Assembly (NCBI GenBank): GCA_040754255.1
Contig: JBFMDA010000002.1
Coordinates: 1-61,274 of the forward strand
From: Candidatus Omnitrophota bacterium
Lineage (GTDB): Bacteria; Omnitrophota; Gorgyraeia; Gygaellales; Profunditerraquicolaceae
Direction of reading: 5' to 3'
Length of the DNA stretch: 61,274 nucleotides
Shown here: positions 42,691 to 52,560 of the stretch, one piece after another
Layout: every line of letters starts with the position of its first letter
Numbering within the stretch: position 1 is the stretch's first letter
The notes under the pieces: generated by a model
Seen by the model: the letters and a program-made list of their open reading frames with translations, nothing else
Told to the model about the DNA's origin: nothing
The model's database searches: none
Made by a program: the position numbers and the translations under genes

Positions 42691-44040
42691 TTAATCTTTA
42701 TTGCTCATAAAAGGAACGTAATTTGAAATTCTTTGAAACATAACTAACGGGTTTCTTAGGAAATTAATAATAAATTTCATTCTAATCTTCGGTAAAAACA
42801 AATATATTTTGGCAATCAATCGGCGCTTTATTCTAAGAATCTCAGCTGGCGTGAAAGTCTCCGGCATTTGAATCGGCGCAAAAGTAAAATAAAAATCCGA
42901 AAAATCTAAATCTTGATGTATATAACCCTTATCCTGGCACCATTTCCACAATTGCGTCCCTGGGAAAGGCGTAGTAGTGCTAATGGCAACGCTATCCAAT
43001 GGGGTGCTTTTAATAAATTTCCAGGTTAGTTGAATGTCGGCCTTGGTTTCGGTAGGATTGCCGATCATAAAAAGCCCCAACACCCCTATATTATATTTGT
43101 TGCATAGCTTGGCAGCAATAAAATTTTTTTCTACGCTAGTTTTTTTATTCAAAACATCCAGTATCCTTTGGCTGCCGCTTTCAAAACCAAAAGAAAGCCT
43201 TCGACATCCCGCGCGCGAAGAAATACGCAATACTTCATCGTCAAGGCTATCTGCTCTGGCTGCGGTTGCCCAATTAATCTTTATATTCCCGCCTAAAAGC
43301 AATTCACAAAACTTGACTACTCTGCTTTTGATTTGAAAAAAATCGTCGTCAAGAAACAAAAAATATCTTACGCCGTGTTCGCGCATCAACTCTTCTATCT
43401 CGCTAATAATTGCCTCGGGGCTTAAAACCCTAATCGGGGTCCCGCGCCAGGTATTATGGCAGAAAATGCAGCTAAACGGACAGCCGCGCGATGTCAGCAT
43501 GCTTGCCATACGTTGGCCATAGGGGACAAATTCAAGATTGGCATCGTAAGCCAATCTATTCTTTGAGTTGAGATAAAAATTCATATTTATTAATTTTCTG
43601 TCTGGTAAACAAATTTCTTCGTTTTTTAATATATCTTGTCTAGTAGCCTTGAATATTCCTTTTTTTTCGCCTTTGGTAATAATACTGAGGAGCGTTTTTT
43701 CGCCTTCACCGACCAACACCATATCAAAGCCATCTTCGATAGCCTTTTCAGGCAAAGTGGATGCGTGGACGCCGCCGATTATAGTCAAATAGCCCATTGA
43801 TTTTACTGTTTTTAGCAATTGCAAGGCTCTCGGATAGGCACAAGTAGTTGCGGTAAAACCTACTAGATCTGGCTTAAAACTTTCAATTGCGCTCATTACG
43901 TCATCTCCAGCTACTTCATCAATGATCTTTACTGAAATTCCGAATTCCTTTAAATACGTGGCTAAAATAATTATATTTAAAGGTTCGGTCAGAAGAACAT
44001 TTCTTGCCTTAGGATTTACAATTGCAAATTTGTATTTCAT
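42691..44040 (-). CDS. B12-binding-domain radical SAM protein (tandem paralog 2)
   Basis: Start moved to MKYKFAIVNPK (parallel to MSHKLAIINPR of the neighbour, and removes the overlap). LTSRGCPFSCIFCHNTW. Confidence 0.75.
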   Translation of the reverse strand: MKYKFAIVNPKARNVLLTEPLNIIILATYLKEFGISVKIIDEVAGDDVMSAIESFKPDLVGFTATTCAYPRALQLLKTVKSMGYLTIIGGVHASTLPEKAIEDGFDMVLVGEGEKTLLSIITKGEKKGIFKATRQDILKNEEICLPDRKLINMNFYLNSKNRLAYDANLEFVPYGQRMASMLTSRGCPFSCIFCHNTWRGTPIRVLSPEAIISEIEELMREHGVRYFLFLDDDFFQIKSRVVKFCELLLGGNIKINWATAARADSLDDEVLRISSRAGCRRLSFGFESGSQRILDVLNKKTSVEKNFIAAKLCNKYNIGVLGLFMIGNPTETKADIQLTWKFIKSTPLDSVAISTTTPFPGTQLWKWCQDKGYIHQDLDFSDFYFTFAPIQMPETFTPAEILRIKRRLIAKIYLFLPKIRMKFIINFLRNPLVMFQRISNYVPFMSNKD

Positions 44041-44072
44041 GGGGCTTTTGTAACGGCTTTGTATTTTAGACG

Positions 44073-45428
44073 TTATTGGTTTTTGTTTGCGTAAAAATAA
44101 CCCAAAATTTTCCATAGCATGGCTATGGGATGCTTAAACATTTTTAAAATGAACCTTTTTCTCATTTTTTGGTTAAATAAGTATGCCTCAATTAACATGT
44201 TTCTTTTTATTCTTTCTACTTCTTTAGTCGAAAAGGTAGCCGGGATTTGAATTGTAGCATACGTATAATAAAAATTGGAGAAGTCAATCCTTCGAGCGTC
44301 AGGAAGATACCCCTGTTCTCTGCACCATTCCCATAATCGCGTACCAGGAAAAGGAGTCAAAACGCTAATACAAAGGCTGTCCGGCTTCGATTTTTTAATG
44401 AAATCTCTGGTTAATTTTATATCGTACTTGGTTTCTGTTGGATTGCCTACCATAATAAGGCCAGAGACCTCTATATTATATTTATGGCATAGGCTCGCAA
44501 TGGCTAAATTTTCCTCAACATTAGATCGCTTGTTCAAAACATCAAGTATCCGCTGACTTCCGCTTTCAAACCCAAAGGCCAACCTTTTACAGCCAGCGAG
44601 GGCGGCAATCGAAACCAAACCTTCATCTAGGCTGTCAGGGCGCACTGAAGTAGCCCAGTGGATCTTAATTCTTTTTCTTATCAATTGCTCGCAAAAAGAA
44701 CTAGCCCTCGACTTATTTAAAAAAAATTCGTCATCGAGAAACCATATATAACGAATACCGTAATGAGAAATAAGCCTTTCGATTTCTTCGATCATTACCT
44801 CCGGGCGCAAGAACCTTACGGGGATCCCGCGCCAGGTATTATGGCAAAAAATACAATTAAAGGGGCAACCGCGCGAAGAAAGCATAGTCGCCATCTTCGC
44901 TCCGATCGGAACGAAGTCAAGATTGGGGTCATGCGGAGTCCTATCTTTTACGCGAATATAGAATTCCATATTCACAAGGGTCCTATCCGGAAGCGGTATT
45001 TCTTCTGCCTTAAGGATATCAGCTTTTTCCGTGCGGAATATTCCTTTCTGTCTTTCTTCAGAAACAATTTTTAACAGTGTCTTTTCCCCTTCTCCAACCA
45101 CAACCATATCGAATCCTTCGTTCAACACGCTTTCAGGCAAAGCAGAAGCATGTACTCCACCAATGATTGTTGTGTATCCTAAGTTTTTTATCGTCTTCAT
45201 TAACTGCGCAGCCCTTGGGTAAGAGCAAGTGGTTGAAGTAAAACCTACTAAATCAGGGGAAAACTCTTTGGTTTCTTTTACCACGTCATCACCAGCAACT
45301 TCGTCAATTATCTTCACTTGAATACCGGCGTTTTTTAAATATGTACCTAGAATCATTATGTTCAAAGGCTCGGTTGATTCGATCGCTGTACTAGTTCTTG
45401 GATTGATAATTGCTAATTTGTGGCTCAC
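44073..45428 (-). CDS. B12-binding-domain radical SAM protein (tandem paralog 1)
   Basis: LSSRGCPFNCIFCHNTW. Colinear similarity to the downstream paralog over the whole length. Confidence 0.75.
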   Translation of the reverse strand: MSHKLAIINPRTSTAIESTEPLNIMILGTYLKNAGIQVKIIDEVAGDDVVKETKEFSPDLVGFTSTTCSYPRAAQLMKTIKNLGYTTIIGGVHASALPESVLNEGFDMVVVGEGEKTLLKIVSEERQKGIFRTEKADILKAEEIPLPDRTLVNMEFYIRVKDRTPHDPNLDFVPIGAKMATMLSSRGCPFNCIFCHNTWRGIPVRFLRPEVMIEEIERLISHYGIRYIWFLDDEFFLNKSRASSFCEQLIRKRIKIHWATSVRPDSLDEGLVSIAALAGCKRLAFGFESGSQRILDVLNKRSNVEENLAIASLCHKYNIEVSGLIMVGNPTETKYDIKLTRDFIKKSKPDSLCISVLTPFPGTRLWEWCREQGYLPDARRIDFSNFYYTYATIQIPATFSTKEVERIKRNMLIEAYLFNQKMRKRFILKMFKHPIAMLWKILGYFYANKNQ

Positions 45429-45435
45429 GATAACC

Positions 45436-46596
45436 TCATAGCCTACGTATTGAATGTCTGCACACTTCTTCCAACTGTGAAGTAAACCTTTTCCAGGTCA
45501 GATTGCTTTTTACCCATATGGACGCGCCTGCTGCGATATTCTCCCATTTATTCCGGTTATGCATAAAATCCAAAACCGCACTGCTAAAATCGCTCTCGAC
45601 TATACCTAGGTTATGTTTCTTGATCAGACAAGAGGCACCCATAGTTTCAGAAACAATGACCGGCTTTCCTAACGACAAGGCCTCAAAAGGCGCAAGCCAT
45701 CCGCCTTGATCCTTTACCGGAAAGAGGCAAAGATCCGCCATCATATATAATTCCATAGTTCTGGATCTGCTAAAATGCCCCGTAAATATAACTGAATCGG
45801 ACAAATTATTGCGACAAATATACTCATTTAAAACATTTTTGTAAGACGCCCCGCCATCCCCTACCAATAAAAGCCTGGCATTTATCTTTTGGCCAACCAA
45901 GACATTTAATGCCTTCAGACTTTCAAGCTGATTTTTTTGAGGAGAAATTACACCTACCTGAAGGAGGACAAAACATTCTTCCGGAATACCGAATTCTTTG
46001 CGTATTTTCGATACATCTAAGTCATTTTTGACAAAATTTTCATGATCGATGCCGTAAGGTATTATTGTGCTTTCGCGCCCATATCTTATTTTGACTCGAT
46101 GGGCGTTTAATTCGTCGGCTACGCAAATTGTATCAATGGAATGATTGACGATGAATTTATCGCAAGCCAACCCGATTCTCCTCAACGCCCTTAAGAAAAA
46201 CGAAAGATTGGGATTATTATAAAAATCAGGTGCCTCATTGCACATCCAGACCACCGGCTTCCTTAATCCCCAAGCAACCCAATTTGCAGGAAAATTATGC
46301 ACATTGATTACATCAAAATCGGAATAGTATTTTTTTACTAGCGCTCTTAAAGCTACAATCTCGCGGATAATGCCCAAACTGGATATCAGGCCAGTGCTTC
46401 TATACGCGTAAGGAAAATACCGCTCGGGAACCTTTATGTCTATACCGGCACAAAGCCTTTTGACCTCCTCTGAGATATTGAGTGTCACTACAAGGTTTCT
46501 AATTCCCCTGGTATTCAAGCATGAGGCGAACTCCTTAATGACGGTTTCCGCGCCTCCGTATATCCCCATAAAGCGGTTAACTATTAGAATTTTCAT
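45436..46596 (-). CDS. GT4-type (GT-B) glycosyltransferase
   Basis: C-terminal GGWLAPFEALSLGKPVIVSE (EX7E-like). Confidence 0.75.
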   Translation of the reverse strand: MKILIVNRFMGIYGGAETVIKEFASCLNTRGIRNLVVTLNISEEVKRLCAGIDIKVPERYFPYAYRSTGLISSLGIIREIVALRALVKKYYSDFDVINVHNFPANWVAWGLRKPVVWMCNEAPDFYNNPNLSFFLRALRRIGLACDKFIVNHSIDTICVADELNAHRVKIRYGRESTIIPYGIDHENFVKNDLDVSKIRKEFGIPEECFVLLQVGVISPQKNQLESLKALNVLVGQKINARLLLVGDGGASYKNVLNEYICRNNLSDSVIFTGHFSRSRTMELYMMADLCLFPVKDQGGWLAPFEALSLGKPVIVSETMGASCLIKKHNLGIVESDFSSAVLDFMHNRNKWENIAAGASIWVKSNLTWKRFTSQLEEVCRHSIRRL

Positions 46597-47568
46597 TTAA
46601 TGCGCAGTATTTTGTAGTAACTGGTTTCGTTTCCCATTCAGAAACAAAGACTTTAAAAATCCAAAGTGCCAACACGTGAATCCGAGTACAGAAAGCAATA
46701 CTAATTCAAAATCAAACCTTGCATATGCCAAGAAGGCAAAGAATACAGCGAGAAACAATGGCCACGTGAAGGAGAAATTTAAAATCAGAATAATAAAAAC
46801 ACCGAACAAAAAACCCGATAGGATAGGCAGAAAATGTATTTTTCTAAAAAAACCGTATTTGCGCACGAGCACTCCCTGGGCCCAGCCGTATCTTAGCATC
46901 ATCTTTAAAAAGGCTGATGCATCCCGGGGCCGGTAATGCAGGACTACCGCTTTAGGGTTATATACTATTTTCTTTCCGGCCTTCCGTAATCGATAATCGA
47001 GCTCGACATCTTCTCCGGGCCAGAGCCCCGTAAGGAACCCCCCTATCTTTAAGAAATCGTCCCTGCGATACATCACGTTACAGGAAGCGTTATGCCTCAC
47101 TTCAGTGATACTGTCTGCGCCATGGCTTTTGATATATTCGGTAATGAAACCTGCCTTTTTCATCAATACAAATACCTTTTTTTCAAAGATTGTTGCGTCT
47201 TCAGGTAGAAGCTGTGCGCCTCCGCAAGACACCACTTCGGGAAATACCCCAAATCCCCGCAGTAATTCTTTTAGCCAGTATGTATCTACAATACAATCGG
47301 CGTCGGTAAACGCAACGTATTGGCCTTTAGCGTGCTGCGCTGCAATATTTCTTGCCTGTGCCGGCCCCAGGGAACGTTCGTTTTCAATAATCTTCACCCG
47401 CTGTCCAAATTGCAACAGCAATTCGTTAGTCGTATCAGTAGAGCCATCATTGACAATAAGTATTTCATAGGTAGCGTAGTCAACGGATAAAAGCGAGCGC
47501 ATGCATTTTACAATTGTACCCGCGTTGTTTCTTGAGGCGACTATAATACTTATAAAAGGTTCGTTCAT
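46597..47568 (-). CDS. GT2 glycosyltransferase with C-terminal membrane helices
   Basis: ISIIVASRNN..., VNDGSTDTT and FTDADC. Confidence 0.78.
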   Translation of the reverse strand: MNEPFISIIVASRNNAGTIVKCMRSLLSVDYATYEILIVNDGSTDTTNELLLQFGQRVKIIENERSLGPAQARNIAAQHAKGQYVAFTDADCIVDTYWLKELLRGFGVFPEVVSCGGAQLLPEDATIFEKKVFVLMKKAGFITEYIKSHGADSITEVRHNASCNVMYRRDDFLKIGGFLTGLWPGEDVELDYRLRKAGKKIVYNPKAVVLHYRPRDASAFLKMMLRYGWAQGVLVRKYGFFRKIHFLPILSGFLFGVFIILILNFSFTWPLFLAVFFAFLAYARFDFELVLLSVLGFTCWHFGFLKSLFLNGKRNQLLQNTAH

Positions 47569-48995
47569 TTAGAAAAAAGGTAGGAAAAAAAGTTCCAGGC
47601 ACCCCTTACCTTACGGTAAAGATCGGCTAAGGAACGGGAGTGAAAAATGAATTTTAACATATAGCCTGGCCTTAAGTAAAACCGCTTAAGCCCTGAATCG
47701 ACGAAATAGTTTATTTCCTTCTGGCTTATTGTGGGATACTCGACAATCCCCGCCTGCTCTCCGGCATACAGCCAGTCAGACCACGTTTCGGTCTTCAGCC
47801 ACCCCTGCTGCTTGCAGACGTCGAATAGTTCTGTCCCGGGAAAAGGGACTGCGCCTGAGAACTGAACAGTAGTCAAGCCGAGGCTGAGTGCAAAATTAAT
47901 AGTTTGCCGGGCTGTTTCCTTCGTTTCGCCGACAAGGCCGATTACGAAACAGCCATGGACCTGCAGCCCCGCCTTTTTTGCATTCTCCATGAAAAGGCGC
48001 GATTGCGCAAGGCTGATATGTTTATTCATCTTATCCAGCATCTGCTGGTTGCCTGACTCAAACCCGACAAGCAACTCCCTGCAGCCGGCCCGTTTCATGA
48101 CCGCAAACATTTCAGGGTCCGCATTATCAACTCTGGCGTTTACGGAAAATGTTATTTTTAGATTGCGCCGCATTATTTCTTCGCAGATCTGGATTGCCCG
48201 GTCTTTATGCACTGTAAACGTATCGTCTTCAAAAAAAAATTCGCCTGTCCTGGCAACAGCCGGGCAAAGGCCGATGTCATGCTGGATCTCATCAACAACA
48301 TTTTTCGGCGAACGCAGCCTGTACCTTGTGCCGTGCATCACCTGAGGCCAAAGGCAGAAACTGCACCGGTTGGGGCAGCCCCTCCCTGAAATGACATCTA
48401 TGTACGGGTACAGCTTGCCCCCGTCAAAATACTTCATTAAATCCAACTGGTGCCATGCAGGGAACGGTAAATCGTCAAGGTTTTCGATCAGTTCCCTTGC
48501 CTGCGTTCGAACAGGCTTTCCCTCATCATAATACACAATCCCCTTGACCGCATTGAGGCCATTAAGATTCTTAGCCACCTCCCTTACCGTATAATCATAT
48601 TCCCCCAGGCAAATGACATCGACAGCTCCGTTGGCGCAGGTAAGGGTTTCTTCGGGAAGCGCTGATGCATGAGGCCCCACCATCACTACCGCGGCATTTG
48701 ATTCATCTTTTACTATGCGCGCGCATTCAATATCCGAATATACGGAAGGGGTGGTTGAATCTAAAACGACGAGGTCGGGCTTTTCTTTCCTGATGAGGTT
48801 CCTCAAGTCTGCCTTGGTCTTATTATCAGCTACAAAGTCGTATAATAATGCCGTATGGCCCGCCCTTTCCAATACGGAAGTCGCATATGCCAGCCAGTCC
48901 GGCGCACGCAATACCCTGCCCCTGGTCCTGGCTGCCCAGCGTTGCGTGCGGCAAAAGTCTTTTACGAACGGCTCGTTAATCAAAAATATTTTCAT
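47565..48995 (-). CDS. B12-binding-domain radical SAM protein
   Basis: MKIFLINEPF...FCRTQRW N-terminus. ISGRGCPNRCSFCLWPQ. Confidence 0.75.
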   Translation of the reverse strand: MKIFLINEPFVKDFCRTQRWAARTRGRVLRAPDWLAYATSVLERAGHTALLYDFVADNKTKADLRNLIRKEKPDLVVLDSTTPSVYSDIECARIVKDESNAAVVMVGPHASALPEETLTCANGAVDVICLGEYDYTVREVAKNLNGLNAVKGIVYYDEGKPVRTQARELIENLDDLPFPAWHQLDLMKYFDGGKLYPYIDVISGRGCPNRCSFCLWPQVMHGTRYRLRSPKNVVDEIQHDIGLCPAVARTGEFFFEDDTFTVHKDRAIQICEEIMRRNLKITFSVNARVDNADPEMFAVMKRAGCRELLVGFESGNQQMLDKMNKHISLAQSRLFMENAKKAGLQVHGCFVIGLVGETKETARQTINFALSLGLTTVQFSGAVPFPGTELFDVCKQQGWLKTETWSDWLYAGEQAGIVEYPTISQKEINYFVDSGLKRFYLRPGYMLKFIFHSRSLADLYRKVRGAWNFFSYLFSK

Positions 48996-49008
48996 ATTCT
49001 TAAAACAG

Positions 49009-50643
49009 TTAGTCGATTTGTATATGCTTCCGTACCTGATACACCGGCACTTGCGCCCAAGGGACCGGATACACCCTGGCCAACTTCAAAAAAAGGCTAC
49101 CGGTAAAGAAATCCTTGAAGTTTATTTTCTTACCCTCTTTTAAAACAACATAGATCAAACTCCTGTCCCCCAGCATCCCGAATTCCACGGGATGAAAATT
49201 TTCAACCACATAGCGGTACAACCTCGGGTCATCGCTTAATACTTTCTGCAAAGGCAGCGGATAGGTATATATGCAAAAATACCTTACCTTATACTTTTCC
49301 TTTATTCTCTGTAATTCACCCAGCGTCCCGGGCCATCCCGCGTAGCGGTGCGCATACCTGGCTACGGCATAGCCCTGAGAATAGGTAAACAGAAAAATCT
49401 TCTCCTCGGGTGACGTCAAGCCTTCTAGGGTTTCTCCGGCAACATCTGCACCGAAAACCACCGTGCGGTAAAACGATGTCAGAGAAAATGCGATGAGCGG
49501 AATTGCCACGGCAGTAACGGACGCCACAACAATACCCAAATTCACCGCTTTTAAAACGCGCTTCAGCATCTTAGTCAGGTAATTAATCGCATATACGCTG
49601 GCAATGCAGACGACTGCTAAAAAAGGCATTTGATAGTATGAATGCTGGTTGATATAATCCGAAAAAACAAGGCAATACACACACGCGCCCAACAGCCAGC
49701 CGAATACATATTTCCGTAAAATACCTTTTTCTTTTAAAATAACAACGCCTACGCCGAAAAATGAAAGTATAATAAACATTAGGGTAAAACTTAGGTTGAT
49801 ATTCTCCCATATCGTGGATCCGTATTCACGCCAGTAGTATGGAGAGAAAATCCTTAATACGTCAATCCTGGAAACGGTCTCATGAGTATCAAATACCCAC
49901 TGTCCCGACCATTTAAGCCAAATGAAAACCAATGCAATCAACGCGTAAGGAGAAACGAAGGAAACAATTGTTCTTAGGGCCTTACCCAGGTCTTTTAAGA
50001 AAACCTTATACGGGAAACAAAACAGCAAAGGCAGAATTCCGATCAGAAAACTTTGTTTATAGAGCCAGGCGAAGAAAAAAGACATTCCGCCCATTATAAG
50101 ATAGCGATTGCGCAGCCGCATACAGTATTTTAAATAAAAATAATTTCCAAGTAGCATAAAAAAGAAAGCCGGGCTTTCAGGCTGCAGGTTCCTGGAAAAA
50201 TAAATCGCAAGGGGCATAATCGCGCATAGAAAAGAACCTGCCAGCGCCAGCCGCTCGTCTTGAAACAACAATTTACACAAGGAATAAACCACTATGATAC
50301 TCATCAATCCGAATACTACGTTGCTCATCCTCGGCGGCCACATCTGCCTGCCGAATAGCTTCCAGGAAAGCAATGTCTGATAGGCAATGAGCGGCGGCTG
50401 CGGGTATAGGTCCATCGTGGGGGTATCTTCAAAGGCATTGTAAAAATAAACCCTGCGCGTAAGAAAGTCCTTAGTCCTCTCCATCTCCTCCGCCATACTC
50501 AGGTATTCGTTCTCTTTCATGTTATGATACCCTATAGAGGGGAAATTAAGATTATAGGACCTTAGCGCCAACCCCAGCGCGACAATCAACAATAACCACA
50601 GTAACGCAATTTTCTTATTCATGGTGTAATTGGAGCACGGCAC
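49009..50643 (-). CDS. GT39/ArnT-like polytopic membrane glycosyltransferase
   Basis: More than 10 hydrophobic helices, an early loop NMKENEYLSMAEEM and a soluble C-terminal domain. The true start is perhaps MNKKIALL (50622). Confidence 0.6.
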   Translation of the reverse strand: MPCSNYTMNKKIALLWLLLIVALGLALRSYNLNFPSIGYHNMKENEYLSMAEEMERTKDFLTRRVYFYNAFEDTPTMDLYPQPPLIAYQTLLSWKLFGRQMWPPRMSNVVFGLMSIIVVYSLCKLLFQDERLALAGSFLCAIMPLAIYFSRNLQPESPAFFFMLLGNYFYLKYCMRLRNRYLIMGGMSFFFAWLYKQSFLIGILPLLFCFPYKVFLKDLGKALRTIVSFVSPYALIALVFIWLKWSGQWVFDTHETVSRIDVLRIFSPYYWREYGSTIWENINLSFTLMFIILSFFGVGVVILKEKGILRKYVFGWLLGACVYCLVFSDYINQHSYYQMPFLAVVCIASVYAINYLTKMLKRVLKAVNLGIVVASVTAVAIPLIAFSLTSFYRTVVFGADVAGETLEGLTSPEEKIFLFTYSQGYAVARYAHRYAGWPGTLGELQRIKEKYKVRYFCIYTYPLPLQKVLSDDPRLYRYVVENFHPVEFGMLGDRSLIYVVLKEGKKINFKDFFTGSLFLKLARVYPVPWAQVPVYQVRKHIQID

Positions 50644-50683
50644 GTAATTATCTGGGTAATTCCGTGAGGGGTTATCGCAAAGA

Positions 50684-51412
50684 CTATTTACGGATTTCTT
50701 CCTTTAATAGAAACCTTTCAAGCCAGACAAAGAGTATCGAAAAAAAGTATTTCCGGCTCAGTTCCTTTATGCGGTACTTACTGACGCCGCTATCCCTGCC
50801 GTACCAACTGATGGGCACTACCGCATACCGAAAGCCTCTCACTATCGCCTTAAGGGGGATCTCTACGGTTATATTGAAATACTGCGATACAAAAGGCCTA
50901 CAGGCGGCAATCACTTCCCTGCGGTATCCCTTAAAGGCGTTTGAAACGTCATTGTACTTTATCATAAACAAAAGTTGGATGAATGCGTTTCCCGCCCGGT
51001 TCAACAAAAGTTTTACGAAAGGATACCCTGCCACCCTGCTTCCTTTAATAAAACGCGAGCCGAATACGCAGTCATACCCTTGCGCAAGCTTTTCGTAATA
51101 CATAACCACGTCCTGCGGGCTGTCAGAGCCATCCCCCATACAAATGACCACTGCATCTCCGGAAAAATTGTCAAGGCCTGTCCGGATCGCCTTGCCAAAG
51201 CCTTTTGGCGAGGAAGAATCAATGCCCCTAATGGTCGCATGCGCCTTACCAAGCCGATGTAAAATTTCCGGACTTCTGTCAGTTGAATTATCATTGACAA
51301 GCAAAAGCTCGTGCGGAATATTCTTTTCAACCAACAAGTCAACCAGCTCTAAGGACACCTTTTCTATACATTGCTCTTCGTTGTGTACAGGGATAACGAC
51401 GGATAATTTCAT
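50684..51412 (-). CDS. GT2 polyprenyl-phosphate sugar synthase-like glycosyltransferase
   Basis: MKLSVVIPVHNEE, VNDNSTDRS and MGDGSD (DxD-like). Confidence 0.75.
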   Translation of the reverse strand: MKLSVVIPVHNEEQCIEKVSLELVDLLVEKNIPHELLLVNDNSTDRSPEILHRLGKAHATIRGIDSSSPKGFGKAIRTGLDNFSGDAVVICMGDGSDSPQDVVMYYEKLAQGYDCVFGSRFIKGSRVAGYPFVKLLLNRAGNAFIQLLFMIKYNDVSNAFKGYRREVIAACRPFVSQYFNITVEIPLKAIVRGFRYAVVPISWYGRDSGVSKYRIKELSRKYFFSILFVWLERFLLKEEIRK

Positions 51413-52560
51413 TTTGTTTTAAGGGAAAGGAGGCTGATGAAGAAGGACGAAAAAATAGTTTGGATGCCGATTACCAGCAGGGTCATCGCCAGAATAGACT
51501 CGCGTATCCTGTAAAGGGCGCCGAAATTATTATTAAACCATTCAATAAAGATAAGTGCGTTTATTGCCAGACCTGCCGCAAAGAGGACAAAGCCGAGCAA
51601 GAGCCCCCGCTCAAGGTTAAAAGAACGCTGGAAGAATACAAAAAACTTATCCAGGCGGATAAGTTTTTGGTTTATCGCAAAGGTATGCGCATAAATGCCC
51701 AGATTAAGGATTTGATACGAAAGGATGCTTAATACGCTTGAAAAAATCATGAAATGCATATCCCAGTTGTGGCCAAGGAACAAGACCGGCCCAGGTAGTA
51801 AGATACACAACACAGCCAAGCCGAACAAGAATCCGAACACGCCAGGTATAAAATAGAGCCAAAACGGGCAATACAGCAGCATGAAACGGATATGGCGCCA
51901 GGCGTCGTAGAGCGGGCTCAATTTTGATGCGCCGTGCCTGGGAAAATACTCGATGGGTATTTCGTAAATCTTAAGGTTATTCATAAGCGCAGAAAAAACC
52001 ATCTCGGTCGCAAATTCCATGCCGGTTGCTCTCAGCTTCATTTTCTCAAAAGCCTCTTTGGTAAAAGAGCGCATACCGCAGTGGATATCCGATAATCTGG
52101 TCTTAAAGAAAAGGCGGCACATACCGGAGAGTATGGGGTTACCGATATAGCGGTTCATCCACGGCATTGCGCCTTTCTTGATTTTTCCCTTAAAACGCGA
52201 ACCAAGCACAAAATCATACCCTTTTTTTAACGGCTCAAGGAACTTGGGTATTTCATAAAAATCATAGCTGTTGTCGCTGTCTCCGATAACGATAAACTTG
52301 CCTTGGGCCTCTTTGAGCCCCCTTAAATACGCAGCACCGTAGCCGCGCTGCTGTTCGGTAAAGACCTTAGCGCCCAGCGTAACGGCGATCTCCCTTGAGT
52401 TGTCCGTAGAGCCGTTATCCGCCACGATGATTTCTCCGCGGATACCATGCGTATTGAAGACCTCTGTGATCTTCTTGATGCAGATGCCTATCGCTTCTTC
52501 TTCGTTCAAGCAGGGCAATACTACAGAAACCTCCAACTGTTCAGGCATAGTTAATTCCAC
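51409..52560 (-). CDS. GT2 glycosyltransferase with C-terminal transmembrane domain (GtrB-like architecture)
   Basis: VSVVLPCLNEE, ADNGSTDNS and GDSDNSYD. Four C-terminal helices. Confidence 0.75.
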   Translation of the reverse strand: MELTMPEQLEVSVVLPCLNEEEAIGICIKKITEVFNTHGIRGEIIVADNGSTDNSREIAVTLGAKVFTEQQRGYGAAYLRGLKEAQGKFIVIGDSDNSYDFYEIPKFLEPLKKGYDFVLGSRFKGKIKKGAMPWMNRYIGNPILSGMCRLFFKTRLSDIHCGMRSFTKEAFEKMKLRATGMEFATEMVFSALMNNLKIYEIPIEYFPRHGASKLSPLYDAWRHIRFMLLYCPFWLYFIPGVFGFLFGLAVLCILLPGPVLFLGHNWDMHFMIFSSVLSILSYQILNLGIYAHTFAINQKLIRLDKFFVFFQRSFNLERGLLLGFVLFAAGLAINALIFIEWFNNNFGALYRIRESILAMTLLVIGIQTIFSSFFISLLSLKTK

